A stretch of DNA of 64,000 nucleotides from an uncultured delta proteobacterium (GTDB taxonomy: Bacteria; Myxococcota_A; Polyangia; Polyangiales; Polyangiaceae). Positions 39,670 to 49,719 of the stretch are shown one piece after another. The stretch is from the NCBI GenBank assembly GCA_963696385.1, contig CAVOKF010000005.1, positions 864,001 through 928,000 of the forward strand, given 5' to 3'. The notes below the pieces were generated by a model. The model did no database searches, had not been told where the DNA came from, and saw only the letters and a list, made by a program, of their open reading frames with translations. Position numbers and translations under genes: made by a program. Position 1 is the first letter of the stretch. Each line of letters begins with the position of its first letter.

Positions 39670-40431
39670 CTAGTAGCGCTCTCGCGTGCGCAGGATCCGG
39701 GCGGCCGCGTACGCTGCCCCGAATCCGTTGTCGATGTTGCAGACCACGATGCCCGACGCGCAGCTCGCCAGCATGCCAGCGAGTGCGGCGAAGCCCCCGA
39801 AGCTTGCCCCGTACCCAATCGATGTGGGCACTGCGATCACCGGTCCGGCCACCATTCCGCCAACCACGCTCGGCAAGGCCCCCTCCATCCCCGCGACGAC
39901 GATGACGACGCTCGTTCGCTCGAACACGTCGCGCCTGTAAAGGAGTCGATGGATGCCGGCGACCCCCACGTCGTAGACGCGCTCGGCGGCGACGCCCAGC
40001 ATCCGAAGCGTCTCGGCGCATTCTTCGGCGACGGGCATGTCGCCCGTTCCGGCGCTGACGAGGGCGACGGGTCTCGATCCCAAAGGCGCGATCGGACCGC
40101 TCTGCAAGGTGCCGACGCGGGCGAGATCCGCGTAGCGCAACTCGGGCAGACCCACACGCACTTCGCTCGCCTTGTCGGCGTCGAGACGCGTGACGAGAAC
40201 GTTCTGCCCGGTGCGCGCCAGCTCGCGTGCAATCCCTACGATTTGCGCGGCCGTCTTCCCTTGACCGAAGATGACTTCGGGGGAGCCCAGCCGGAGCCCT
40301 CGATGGTGATCGACGGCCGCGTACCCGAGGTCGGCGTACGGCAAGTCGCGCAGCTCGCCGAGCGCATCGTCGATGCTGGTCGCCCCTCGGCGCACGCCAT
40401 CGAGAAGCTCGCGAAGCTTTTGAGGATTCAT
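39670..40431 (-). CDS. larB: Nickel-pincer cofactor carboxylase/hydrolase
   Basis: [54 protein letters not shown] and NIDNGFGAA. Confidence 0.95.
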   Translation of the reverse strand: MNPQKLRELLDGVRRGATSIDDALGELRDLPYADLGYAAVDHHRGLRLGSPEVIFGQGKTAAQIVGIARELARTGQNVLVTRLDADKASEVRVGLPELRYADLARVGTLQSGPIAPLGSRPVALVSAGTGDMPVAEECAETLRMLGVAAERVYDVGVAGIHRLLYRRDVFERTSVVIVVAGMEGALPSVVGGMVAGPVIAVPTSIGYGASFGGFAALAGMLASCASGIVVCNIDNGFGAAYAAARILRTRERY

Positions 40432-40508
40432 CGCAATCCGCGCGCGAGCCTAGCACCGCGCCCGGCGCAGTCGACGCACTGTGCCGGCCGACCTACCTTC
40501 GCTGCGGC

Positions 40509-41066
40509 ATGCCGATCGTCTTCGCTCACCTCTTCGGGCTCGTCATTGGGGCCGCTCTCGCCTGGGTGGCCTCGCCCACACTGGGTTCGAACGAGGGACC
40601 GATCGTTCTGTCGCGTCCCTTCCCAGTCGTCGTCGCCTTTGCGACTTTCGTCTGGTTTCCGGTGGTCGGGTATTTCGCCGCTTTCCACGGCGATTGGTCC
40701 TACCTCTACCTCGTGTCGACGCGGCAGCTTCCGAGCGCCGTCGACCTCGGGCTCGTGCTGCTCGCCGTGCTGGCGGTGGTGGGAGGTTTTTGGCTCGCTG
40801 TCGGCCCCGTCCGAACGCGCCGCACCGGTTTGCTGGTCGCAATGATAGCCGTGCCTGGCGGTATGGCGACGGCGTCGCTTCCGTTCGTGATTCACCGGCT
40901 CTCGGTGAGCGGCACATTCGCGCAATTCCACGGTCGCTTCGGGACCGAGCCGATTGCGGCGAGTACTCTCGGAAGGGGCGTGCTGTTCATGGGGATCCTC
41001 GTCGCGGCCGGGATCGCCTGGACGGTGCGCGCTCTGATGCGGATGGGGTACGACGCTCCCGGCTGA
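40509..41066 (+). CDS. Hypothetical membrane protein
   Basis: About five TM segments; DWSYLY motif; divergent from larB. Confidence 0.7.
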   Translation: MPIVFAHLFGLVIGAALAWVASPTLGSNEGPIVLSRPFPVVVAFATFVWFPVVGYFAAFHGDWSYLYLVSTRQLPSAVDLGLVLLAVLAVVGGFWLAVGPVRTRRTGLLVAMIAVPGGMATASLPFVIHRLSVSGTFAQFHGRFGTEPIAASTLGRGVLFMGILVAAGIAWTVRALMRMGYDAPG

Positions 41067-41195
41067 ACGATGGGGAAGGCGGAGCCAACGGTTCGATCGG
41101 CAACACGGCCCGCCGGTCGAGCTTCGGCCGTTGAGCTCGCGGTGGCCGAGCTGCCGTGCAATCACCGTCGCTTTACGAGCGCCTGCCCTGCTAGC

Positions 41196-41816
41196 ATGCG
41201 TGACATGTGGGTGAGAGGAGCCGCGATCCGCCCGGTACCGCGGCATGCTGTCCTCGACGCCCATACATTGCAAAACATTGAAAGGGAGCTCGCGGAAGAC
41301 TCGCCGGGTGCGCGCGAGGAGTTGGATCGCGCATTCAACCGCTTCGAGGCGACGCAGCCTCAGCTCGCCGACGCGCTTTCGCGGCTGCTGTCTCGCCCTC
41401 TCGACGACACCGCGCTGGCGCTCGGGTACTTTTTGACGATCGCGGTCTGGCTCGCCTTCGAGCGTACGTTCGGATCGACGCGGTTACGCGAAGTGTCGCA
41501 GGATGTCCTCGAGGCCACGGAGCAGGCGATCGAGCTCGAGGAAGAGCTGCGCGGGGCGCAGGGCGGTGAGCCGTTCGATTTGGATGACGTCGTGTCGGTC
41601 GAGCAGCCAAACCTTCTGGCTTTCGTCCACGGACATGTCAACGCCGCCGTCGATTCTGCCGCGCGGGAAGACGACTCCCTTTCGCACTCTCGGGACGTCG
41701 ACGTCGACGACGTGCATGTCGTCTATCGCGGAGTCGTGCTGCTGACCCTTTGTCTATCGCACGCGGTGATGGCGCTCGACGGCGCCTCCCGCAACAGCCG
41801 AGAGCTCATGGCATGA
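41196..41816 (+). CDS. Hypothetical helical protein
   Basis: Non-random acidic sequence with repeated F...QP.L / EQPNLLAFV motifs; start uncertain. Confidence 0.65.
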   Translation: MRDMWVRGAAIRPVPRHAVLDAHTLQNIERELAEDSPGAREELDRAFNRFEATQPQLADALSRLLSRPLDDTALALGYFLTIAVWLAFERTFGSTRLREVSQDVLEATEQAIELEEELRGAQGGEPFDLDDVVSVEQPNLLAFVHGHVNAAVDSAAREDDSLSHSRDVDVDDVHVVYRGVVLLTLCLSHAVMALDGASRNSRELMA

Positions 41817-41904
41817 AGGACGATCGAGCCGTCCATCGCGCACGCGAATCGACGCCACCCCCTCCATGCACGATGGATACCGCCGCCGTCGCCCTCCACA
41901 CGCA

Positions 41905-42942
41905 ATGAAGACCGAGGCCGTTGTCCTGCGCGCACACGGCGGCCTCGACGTGTTGGTGCGAGAGACCCTCGATCTCGCCGATCCGGGCCCGCGCGAGGTG
42001 CTCGTCGCCGTACGCGCCGTTGCGCTGAACCATCTTGACGTCTGGGTGCGACGCGGTCTGCCGAATCGAAAGCTCGACTATCCTCATCGGCTCGGCAGCG
42101 ACGTCGTCGGCGAGATCGCAGCGATCGGGCCGGGCGCGCGTCACGTGTCCGTGGGGGATCGCGTGGTGATAAACCCTGGCCTATCGTGCGGCGTCTGCGA
42201 ACGCTGCCTGAGCGGACGGGACACTCTTTGTCGCGAGTACGCCATTCTGGGCGAGCACGTGAGCGGGGGCTACAGCCGTCACGTCGTCGTGCCGGACACG
42301 AACGTCCTGCCCTGGCCGGGCGACATGGAGTTCACGGAGGTTGCTGCGGTGCCGCTCGTGTTTCTGACCGCCTGGCAAATGATCGTCGAGAAGGCCCGCG
42401 TTCAGCCGGCCCAGACGGTGCTCGTGCACGCGGCGGGCAGCGGGGTGTCGAGTGCGGCGATTCAGATCGCAAAACTCTTCGGTGCACGGGTGATCGCGAC
42501 GGCCGGAAGTGACGCGAAGGCCGAGCGCGCCCGCGGCATCGGGGCCGACGAAGTCATCAACTACACGACACAGGACTTCGTTGGCGAGGTGCGCCGCCTC
42601 ACGGGAAAGCGTGGGGCCGATGTCGTCATCGAGCACCTGGGGGGCGATGTGATGACCAAGAGCGTCATGGCTGTTGCGAGCGGTGGGCGGATTGTGACCT
42701 GCGGCGCGACGTCGGGGTTCGAGGCGAAGATCGATCTGCGTCACGTGTTTTTCCGTCAGATCGAGATCCTCGGTTCGACGATGGGTCCCAAGAGCGCGCT
42801 CTTTACCATTCTCGAGCACGTGCGGGCGCACCGGCTTCGGCCGGTGGTAGACCGGGTCTTGCCGCTGTGGGAGGCGCGCGAAGCTCATCGTGCGCTCGAG
42901 GCGCGCGAAGTCTTCGGTAAAGTCGTCTTGAAGGTCTCGTGA
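41905..42942 (+). CDS. Zinc-binding alcohol dehydrogenase/quinone oxidoreductase (MDR)
   Basis: ALNHLDVW, LGSD..G, CGVCERC..C, LTAWQM, AAGSGV and FGKVVL. Confidence 0.92.
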   Translation: MKTEAVVLRAHGGLDVLVRETLDLADPGPREVLVAVRAVALNHLDVWVRRGLPNRKLDYPHRLGSDVVGEIAAIGPGARHVSVGDRVVINPGLSCGVCERCLSGRDTLCREYAILGEHVSGGYSRHVVVPDTNVLPWPGDMEFTEVAAVPLVFLTAWQMIVEKARVQPAQTVLVHAAGSGVSSAAIQIAKLFGARVIATAGSDAKAERARGIGADEVINYTTQDFVGEVRRLTGKRGADVVIEHLGGDVMTKSVMAVASGGRIVTCGATSGFEAKIDLRHVFFRQIEILGSTMGPKSALFTILEHVRAHRLRPVVDRVLPLWEAREAHRALEAREVFGKVVLKVS

Positions 42943-43931
42943 TTCGGTTTGCGCGCGCGTCGGCCCGGTCGGTCATGGTCACGTCGCTCGCGATTGGATT
43001 GGCGGGCGTGGCCGCGGGGGCCGTTCGCATTCTGCCTTGGTTGCTCGACCCGTCGGTGCCATGGCCGGTTGCGGCGCCGTTTGCGCGCGGCTTGGCCGCA
43101 GTTGCGTTCGAGTCCGCGTTGCTTTTGGGCTGGCCGATCGGATGGTCGCTGGCGTGCTTTCGGCTCGTCGAAAGCGGCGAGGCGCTCACGCTGCAAACGC
43201 TGGGGGAGAGACCCCGGACCACCGTGGCGCGACTCGGGTGGCAGGGCGCGGCATTCGCGATCGTTCTCGGGGGGATCGCGATCGAGTACGGGCGCGACGC
43301 GAGCGCGCCGGGACGCGTCGCCACGGAGCTCTTGGAGCGGGCGCGAGTCTCGTGCGCCGCGGTCCGCGTGCCGACCACGTACTCCGTTCCATTCACAAGC
43401 TTCACTTGGCTGTGCGTCCAAGGACAGCCACCACGCCTCGTGGGAAATCTGCCGGGTCCCATGTCCGCGGCGATCCTCACAGCCCGTGACGCCCGGATCG
43501 CGGGCGACTTTCGAGCCGTCGAGCTCAACGATGCGCGCGTACTGTTGCCTGGCACGCCGTCGATGGCCGTGCGCGTCACCTCCCTCGCCGTGCGCGGAAT
43601 GGCGCCTTGGGCTCAGGCGTCGAACGTCCCGCCGATTGTGCGCGCGGTCGTGCTCGCGCTGAGCGCCTGCATCGCAGCGTCGCTCAGCGCGTATCGCGTG
43701 TTGCAAGGCGCGCTTCGAAATCGGCTCGGTGTGCTGGCCTTCGGCGCCGCCGGCCCGCTTGTTGCGCTCGGGCTCATGCGTATCCTCGAAAGGGCGGGCG
43801 CCAGGCCCGCGATGTTCGCCGTAGTGCCCCTTGCGAGTGCAACGTGCACGCCGCTCGCGGCTTGGCTTGCATCGCTGCTGCAGCGCTTGCCGATCCGAAT
43901 TCGAGCTGCTAGCACACACTCAAGGGTGTAA
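42939..43931 (+). CDS. Membrane protein, divergent LptF/LptG-like
   Basis: P.G..LA.FRLVESGE..TLQTLG..P resembles the LptF/G coupling helix; 3TM-periplasmic-3TM layout. Confidence 0.45.
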   Translation: MIRFARASARSVMVTSLAIGLAGVAAGAVRILPWLLDPSVPWPVAAPFARGLAAVAFESALLLGWPIGWSLACFRLVESGEALTLQTLGERPRTTVARLGWQGAAFAIVLGGIAIEYGRDASAPGRVATELLERARVSCAAVRVPTTYSVPFTSFTWLCVQGQPPRLVGNLPGPMSAAILTARDARIAGDFRAVELNDARVLLPGTPSMAVRVTSLAVRGMAPWAQASNVPPIVRAVVLALSACIAASLSAYRVLQGALRNRLGVLAFGAAGPLVALGLMRILERAGARPAMFAVVPLASATCTPLAAWLASLLQRLPIRIRAASTHSRV

Positions 43932-43935
43932 AGCC

Positions 43936-44148
43936 ATGGGCAACGTCGGCGCTACGGAAATTCTGCTCATTGCGCTTGTCGCGCTCCTCCTCTTCGGCGC
44001 GGGTCGGATTGCCGACATCGGCAAAGGCCTCGGGCAAGGCATCAAGAACTTCAAGCAGGGCTTGAAGGAGGCGGACGAGCTCGACAGTTCGAAGGCGGCG
44101 AAGCAGCTGCCTGAGAAGGCCACGTCCAAAGACGAAGCGAAGGCCTGA
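43936..44148 (+). CDS. tatA: Twin-arginine translocase TatA/E
   Basis: G.TEILLIALVALLLFGAGRI.DIGKGLG.GIKNFK. Confidence 0.93.
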   Translation: MGNVGATEILLIALVALLLFGAGRIADIGKGLGQGIKNFKQGLKEADELDSSKAAKQLPEKATSKDEAKA

Positions 44149-44255
44149 GAGCGCGTTCAACTCCCCCTCGTTCGAAGGGCCCACCATCGCCGCCCGTCGC
44201 GCTGACCCGTTCGGCGGTCGACGCGAGGCGCTTATCGCTGGGTGCGTCGCTCGAA

Positions 44256-44500
44256 GGGCGCAGGCGGTCGGCCACTAGGACGAGCAAAAGCACCGGCGAG
44301 ACAGCGGAATCGAAAACGCGAAGACCCGCCGGACCCACCGTGTCGCGTCGAAGTGCGGTCCGCCACGTAGCCCGCGCTCACTTGGGCGCGTGGTCGACCA
44401 CGAGGACGAGCAAAAGCACAGCGAGATACGGAATCGAAAACGCAAAGACCCGCCGGGCCCACCGTGTCGCGTCGAAGCGCGGTCCACCACGCAGCCCGCG
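44256..44500. repeat. Tandem duplication of the cyoE 3' end (copies ~44266-44376 and 44392-44500)
   Basis: About 110 bp align with 7 isolated substitutions and two small indel sites; period 124-126 bp. Confidence 0.9.
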
Positions 44501-45337
44501 AAAGGCAAGCGCGAGGAACCCCACCCCCGCCGCGAGAGCTGCCAGCTCGTAGACGGGCCCGGCCATCCCGAAGGGCTCGAACAAGAGCGACGACGTCACG
44601 AGCAGCACGGTCCAGAGCGCAATCATCTCTCGTGCCGCGCGCTCGCCATGCTGGACGCTGACGACCTGAAGTCCGGCGCGACCGTAATCGTCCATTCGAA
44701 AAAGGGCAATCGCGGCGAAGTGCGGGACTTGCCACAGGAACAGAAACAGGAAGATCAGGAGGCCGCCGAGGCCGAGCCTTCCGGTCGCGGTCGTCCATCC
44801 CAACAGCGGCGGGATGGCTCCCGGCACCGCCCCCACGAGGAGCGCCAGGTGACTACGACGTTTGAGAGGCGTGTAGACCGCGACGTACGCGACAAGCGAA
44901 ACGAGGCCCAGGAGGCCCGTCGCGATGTTGACGAGAAAGAGCATCGGAACCGAGACGAATGCGAGCGCAAGCCCGAATGCAAGCGCGACGTCCGGCAGCA
45001 GACGGCCCGCGGGCAACGGCCGGTTCCGGGTGCGGCTCATCTGCCCGTCGACGTCGCGTTCGCACCACATGTTGAGGGCGTTGGCCGAGCTCACGATGAG
45101 AGCCGTTCCGATGATCGACAGCCAACGCGCCCGCGGCCCGGGGCTTGCCGGCGCGATCTGCATCCCGGCAGCCTCCGTAAGAAGAACGAGCGCCGTGATG
45201 CGCGGCTTGGTAAGGGCGATCAAGTCGCGAAAGAACAGACCCGAGCGACCGCGCGATGGCGCCACGCTCGTTTTGGACACCGGCACTTCCCACGGGGCGG
45301 AAGCCTTTACCGTCACTGGGAATTCCGTATGCGCCAC
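44378..45337 (-). CDS. cyoE: Protoheme IX farnesyltransferase (heme O synthase)
   Basis: LTKPRI, NALNM..ERDVD..M.RT.NRPLP.G, YTPLKR, GAVPGAIPPLLGW and WQVPHF. Confidence 0.95.
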   Translation of the reverse strand: MAHTEFPVTVKASAPWEVPVSKTSVAPSRGRSGLFFRDLIALTKPRITALVLLTEAAGMQIAPASPGPRARWLSIIGTALIVSSANALNMWCERDVDGQMSRTRNRPLPAGRLLPDVALAFGLALAFVSVPMLFLVNIATGLLGLVSLVAYVAVYTPLKRRSHLALLVGAVPGAIPPLLGWTTATGRLGLGGLLIFLFLFLWQVPHFAAIALFRMDDYGRAGLQVVSVQHGERAAREMIALWTVLLVTSSLLFEPFGMAGPVYELAALAAGVGFLALAFRGLRGGPRFDATRWARRVFAFSIPYLAVLLLVLVVDHAPK

Positions 45338-45466
45338 GCTCGCAGGAACCTCGCTCCGGACCCACCGTCATGTAGGGCGGCTTCCCCCGCTTGGCAAGCG
45401 GCACATCCGGTTGGGCTGGCGAAGCCGAGCATCAGGGCGCCCGGCTACAGCCAGCCCGCGACGATG

Positions 45467-46594
45467 TCAAGACACCGGGCCGCCACCCCGCGCACCGCTT
45501 GCCTCCACCGCCAAGGCCGCGTCTTCTGCCTCGCGCCGACTTCGATCGTCGATGAGCGTTCGCCACATGGCGCGCTCGTCCATACTGGCGAGCGCGGTCC
45601 AAAGTGCTGCGGCCACCGCGCACAGCGCGCAAAGTGGGGCGTCAAAGGCACCTCGGCAGACCAGGGCGAGCGCCATGCTGGACACGATCGCGACGACCTG
45701 ACGGGTCTGTGTGGCCGCCACGAGCGCCAGCAGGAGGGAGGCCGGGACTAGAAACGTCGCCAACGCGTCCAGCCCCAAGGGCGGAGGAACGCCGGGAGCG
45801 TCGGCCAGCGCGGAATGCAGAATCGCCTGCCAGAACGAGGCGCCGGAGTGCACGCCACTCGCGACGCCCCAGGTAATGACCAACGCCGTTGCGAGCGCCG
45901 CCGATGACGCGAGCTGCCCTCCCCACTTGCCGCGCGTCCCGAGCCAAGTCACTGCGACCAGTTGCCCGGCTGCATCGAAAAGAATGCTCGCCGTGGCGAG
46001 GCCCCGGCTCGTGCCGAAAAGGGAAATGTTGGCCGTTTCTCCCGCTCGCGCGGCGAGCTCCCATGCTCCGAGCCGCGCCATGGCGCCGAACGCGAACGCG
46101 CAAAGCACCCCCGCGACCGCGCGAGTGTGAGGCGTGCGCGCTCCGCAATAGGCGCCCGCCAGGCATACGATTGCCGCGATGGACGCGATGAGGACGGCGA
46201 GCTGCGGGGGGATTCGACCATGAAGGGCGGGTGCCGAAAGTGCAACGATGGCCGCGCCGCCGCCGATGAGCGCCACTCGCGGCAGGACCGGTACTTCGTT
46301 GGCGCGCACGAGGTCGAACAATCCTCGGAGCGTGACCGTGACCAGTAGCCCGAGCAAGAAGTAGGCAAGGACGCTCGACCCCCGACCGATGGCGACGACC
46401 ACGGGCTCGCTCGCGTTGCCGGCAATCCCGGGGGCGATGATGACGCCGGCGATGCCGGCCGCGACCGCCGCATACGCTGCCGACCGCAAAAGCCATGCCG
46501 AGGAGAGCAACGGCGATCGCGGCGCACGAGCCGGTTGGGCCAACGCGCGGCCCTTGCCCGCGGGGGAATCACGCGTCACCTCGGCAATCGTCAC
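45467..46594 (-). CDS. Hypothetical polytopic membrane protein
   Basis: About ten hydrophobic Ala-rich segments; co-oriented with neighbours. Confidence 0.65.
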   Translation of the reverse strand: MTIAEVTRDSPAGKGRALAQPARAPRSPLLSSAWLLRSAAYAAVAAGIAGVIIAPGIAGNASEPVVVAIGRGSSVLAYFLLGLLVTVTLRGLFDLVRANEVPVLPRVALIGGGAAIVALSAPALHGRIPPQLAVLIASIAAIVCLAGAYCGARTPHTRAVAGVLCAFAFGAMARLGAWELAARAGETANISLFGTSRGLATASILFDAAGQLVAVTWLGTRGKWGGQLASSAALATALVITWGVASGVHSGASFWQAILHSALADAPGVPPPLGLDALATFLVPASLLLALVAATQTRQVVAIVSSMALALVCRGAFDAPLCALCAVAAALWTALASMDERAMWRTLIDDRSRREAEDAALAVEASGARGGGPVS

Positions 46595-46624
46595 AGCGCC
46601 CGAGCCTAGCGCAGGGCCAAGCGA

Positions 46625-48367
46625 TTAGGTCTTCGATTGCGGTGTCGAGGGCGGAGGCGGCGGGTGCAGCATGAGCCCTTCGCGCGCGTCGTTCGGACTG
46701 GGCGGGGGAGCGCCTCGTTCCTTCGACGGGCCCGGCGCGGGCGTCGTCGGAAGCTGCGGTGCCGGCTCGTTGGTCGGCGCGGGTACGTTCAGGATGAACG
46801 GCGACGCACCCATGGTGGAGCACGCGAACACCTCGTCGCGATGAAACTCCCAATGCAGGTACACGTTGCCGTCCGGGGACACGATGGCAGTCGGTGCGGG
46901 CCCGAACGGTTGTGCCCGGTCGACCGCGTCCAGCGCGGCGATGTCGAAGGCGGTAATCCCGCTCGTTCGAACGATGCCCATTCTCTTTAGGCGCCCGTCC
47001 TTCGTGAGAACGATCTCGAGGCGTGTCACGAGATGCTGATCGTTCATCGGGTGGCTCGGGGGCAATGCGTCGAGCGACTCGAGAAACGACTCGGCGAAGA
47101 TCGGATGAATGCGATTGTGCATCCCGTTCAGGTAGGTGGCGAACGGCACGGCGGCCGCGTTCAGCGACGTCTGGTTGCCTGGCTTGACGCTCGAGACATA
47201 GTTTTCGATCGCGCTGCGCCAGCGCTCGAAGTTGGACGCGCTCCAGGATCCTCGATGCTCGCTCCTGCGCCGTTCGCCGTCGGCGAGGCGCAGCTTGCGC
47301 AGGCTGTCCGAGCCGACGACCGATGCGATCTGCCCCTGGCTCAGATTGGTATTGAACGAGCCGGCCGCGGCCCCTTGGCCGAGCCCCGGCGTGGTCCAAA
47401 GCTTCCCTCCGGGAAGCGTCGGTCTGGGCGTGTCGGCGTTCGGACGCGTAGCGAACCCATCGGCGCCTCCCTGCTGGGCAGGGTTGAAAGTCCAGCCACC
47501 GTTTGGCGAGGTTTCGACGTCCGGTGAGGACGGAACGGCCCCGCCGGGCGCTGGTTGGGGTTCGTTCGGCGTGGCCTGTGGCGTGGACGGTTTCGGTTCG
47601 TCCGCCGTATTCCGTGGGGACCCCGCCGCCGGCTGCGCAGCGAGTGCCAATGTCATCGTGGGGCGCGGCTCGGGCTTGGGCAGCCGCGGCTCGTGTTGCA
47701 CGTCGACGTCGTCGCCTCGCTCGCCCGGAGCGCGCTTCTTCTCGCCCTTCTGATCCTCGCTGTTGGCGAGGTGGTTGTTTTCGCTGTCGCCCAGTTGGCT
47801 TTCGCTCCCGCGGTGGTTTTTTGCGGGAGTCGGCCGATCGTCGTCGCGATCGTGCGACGTCATGGTCGCCCGCGTCTCTTCTTTGACCCGGTTCGCCTGA
47901 TCGGCGATGAACTTGGCGGTCGGGTTGTCGTCCTGGTTCGGCTGCGTATGCTGAACGATGGCAATCCGCCGGTCTTTGACGGGGTCCGGATGGACGGGCG
48001 GCTTCTTCTCGTCCGCCTTTTTCTCGACGAGCAGGATGCGCTTATCTTCCTTCGGCTTGTCTTCGTGTTTCGGTGGCTCGGGCTTAGCCGTCGGTGCCGG
48101 CGGCGGCTTCGGCGGAGGTGGCGTGGCGATGGGCGGAGGTGGCGGCGGCTCCCCCGGAGGTTCGTCGGTCGGCTCACCCAAGGAGACCTCGAACGTTTGC
48201 TCGCCTTGCTTGGCGAGGCTGCTTGCCTCGCGAGAGAGCCTCCAGAGTTCCGAACGATCGTCGTGGACCTTGGCGATGACGAGTCCGCCCGTGCCAAAAA
48301 AGAAGTGCGCGCAGATGGCCGCGCAAATCCACAGGCCGAGGGGGATGGTGACGTCTCGCGTCCGCAT
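46625..48367 (-). CDS. TonB C-terminal-domain protein
   Basis: N-terminal TM with His (AAICAHFF), Pro/Lys-rich linker and LEIVLTKDG..RTSG.TAFD.AALDAV.RA.PF. May start at 48421. Confidence 0.85.
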   Translation of the reverse strand: MRTRDVTIPLGLWICAAICAHFFFGTGGLVIAKVHDDRSELWRLSREASSLAKQGEQTFEVSLGEPTDEPPGEPPPPPPIATPPPPKPPPAPTAKPEPPKHEDKPKEDKRILLVEKKADEKKPPVHPDPVKDRRIAIVQHTQPNQDDNPTAKFIADQANRVKEETRATMTSHDRDDDRPTPAKNHRGSESQLGDSENNHLANSEDQKGEKKRAPGERGDDVDVQHEPRLPKPEPRPTMTLALAAQPAAGSPRNTADEPKPSTPQATPNEPQPAPGGAVPSSPDVETSPNGGWTFNPAQQGGADGFATRPNADTPRPTLPGGKLWTTPGLGQGAAAGSFNTNLSQGQIASVVGSDSLRKLRLADGERRRSEHRGSWSASNFERWRSAIENYVSSVKPGNQTSLNAAAVPFATYLNGMHNRIHPIFAESFLESLDALPPSHPMNDQHLVTRLEIVLTKDGRLKRMGIVRTSGITAFDIAALDAVDRAQPFGPAPTAIVSPDGNVYLHWEFHRDEVFACSTMGASPFILNVPAPTNEPAPQLPTTPAPGPSKERGAPPPSPNDAREGLMLHPPPPPSTPQSKT

Positions 48368-48564
48368 GGGTCGTTCAGGACGGCTTTTACGGTAAAAAGC
48401 CCGGGTCGGCAGCTTCGCCACCCCTTCCCGCGCTCAAGTTATGCACGAAGGCCGACGCGTCGAGTCACACTGAAACGTACCACGCATGGCCCGGGAGACC
48501 AGCACCACCCTGCCGAGACCCTGGCAAGGGTGCGGGCCCGGCAAACGGCCGTACTGCTAAGGGA

Positions 48565-49614
48565 GTGTCCGCCCAGATGATCGTGCCCTACGAGATCCGA
48601 GGAGCCACGCCAGCCGACGAAGACCAGCTTCTCCGAGTTGCGCAGCACTTGAACACGGTCAATTTGCCAGCCGATCGCGAAGAGGTCCGCGGGTTGCTCG
48701 AACACGCCCAGAAGAGCTTTACGGGTGCCGTCAAGGATCCGCGTCGGCGCGAGTACGTGTTCGTCGTCGTCGATCTCGAAAAGGATCGAATCGTGGGCGC
48801 GTCGATGATCGTCGCCCAGCTCGGCCGCCGAGACGCCCCGTACATCTATGTCGACGTTTCCGAGGAGGAACGCTACTCGGCCACCCTCGACAAGCACTTC
48901 CGACACGTCGTCCTGAAGATCGGTTATTCGTACAACGGACCCACGGAGATTGGCGGTCTCATCGTTGACCCCGAATACCGCAAGCAGCCGGAACGGCTCG
49001 GGCAGCTTATCTCCTACGTGCGTTTTCTTTATTTGAAGATGCATCGCGAGTGGTTTCGCGATGAGCTACTGGCCGAGCTCCTGCCCCCGCTCGAGCCGGA
49101 TGGGACATCGCACCTGTGGGACGCGCTCGGCCGCAAGTTCACGGAAATGACTTACGCCGAAGCGGATCGGCTATCGAAAAAAAATAAAGAGTTCGTCAAA
49201 GGACTGTTCCCCGAAGGGGCGATCTATGCGTCGCTTCTGCCGCAAGATGCGCAAGACGTCATCGGCAAGGTGGGCGTACAGACCAAGGGTGTCGAACGCT
49301 TGTTGCGGCGAGTGGGCTTCCGTTACGCATGGCGCGTCGATCCCTTCGACGGAGGGCCTCATTTCACCGCAGCAACCGATGACGTCACGTTGATCCAGCG
49401 CGGCTTCCACGCCCCCATCAGCCGACTGCTCGAAGCCTCCCACGGCTGGAAGCTTCGTGCCCTCGTCGCTGTGGAAGGCAGCGAGGAGCCGTTTTTCCGA
49501 GCACTTCCGACCCGGTGGGACGCAGAGGTCGGGGGCGTTGCGCTGCCGCGGGACGTTGCGGGGTTTTTGCGTGTGCGGCAGGGGGACGAGGTGTGGATGC
49601 TGCCACTCGATTAG
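48565..49614 (+). CDS. astA: Arginine N-succinyltransferase family protein
   Basis: NLPADR, Y.FVVVD, GPTEIGGL..PEYR, LS..RFL, LAEL, WDALGRKF..M.Y.EAD, IY..LLP..AQ.VIG and DPFDGGP. Confidence 0.88.
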   Translation: MSAQMIVPYEIRGATPADEDQLLRVAQHLNTVNLPADREEVRGLLEHAQKSFTGAVKDPRRREYVFVVVDLEKDRIVGASMIVAQLGRRDAPYIYVDVSEEERYSATLDKHFRHVVLKIGYSYNGPTEIGGLIVDPEYRKQPERLGQLISYVRFLYLKMHREWFRDELLAELLPPLEPDGTSHLWDALGRKFTEMTYAEADRLSKKNKEFVKGLFPEGAIYASLLPQDAQDVIGKVGVQTKGVERLLRRVGFRYAWRVDPFDGGPHFTAATDDVTLIQRGFHAPISRLLEASHGWKLRALVAVEGSEEPFFRALPTRWDAEVGGVALPRDVAGFLRVRQGDEVWMLPLD

Positions 49615-49673
49615 CCGGGCCGGTCGGTCGCCTCGCCGTCGCAAGTCGTCAGCCCGTCGCACGAGCGCGGCCC

Positions 49674-49718
49674 GACCGCGAGAACCGCGGCCGCGACAAC
49701 CGGTACCGCGACCCCGAG
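49674..49718. repeat. 15-nt-period tandem repeat, 3 units, related to 29156-29215
   Basis: GACCGCGAGAACCGC / GGCCGCGACAACCGG / TACCGCGACCCCGAG. Confidence 0.65.
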
Positions 49719-49719
49719 C

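Noticed and set aside
44256..44500. Diversity-generating retroelement VR/TR pair at the cyoE 3' end
   Set aside because: Mismatches are not adenine-specific on either strand, indels are present, and no reverse transcriptase is in the window.
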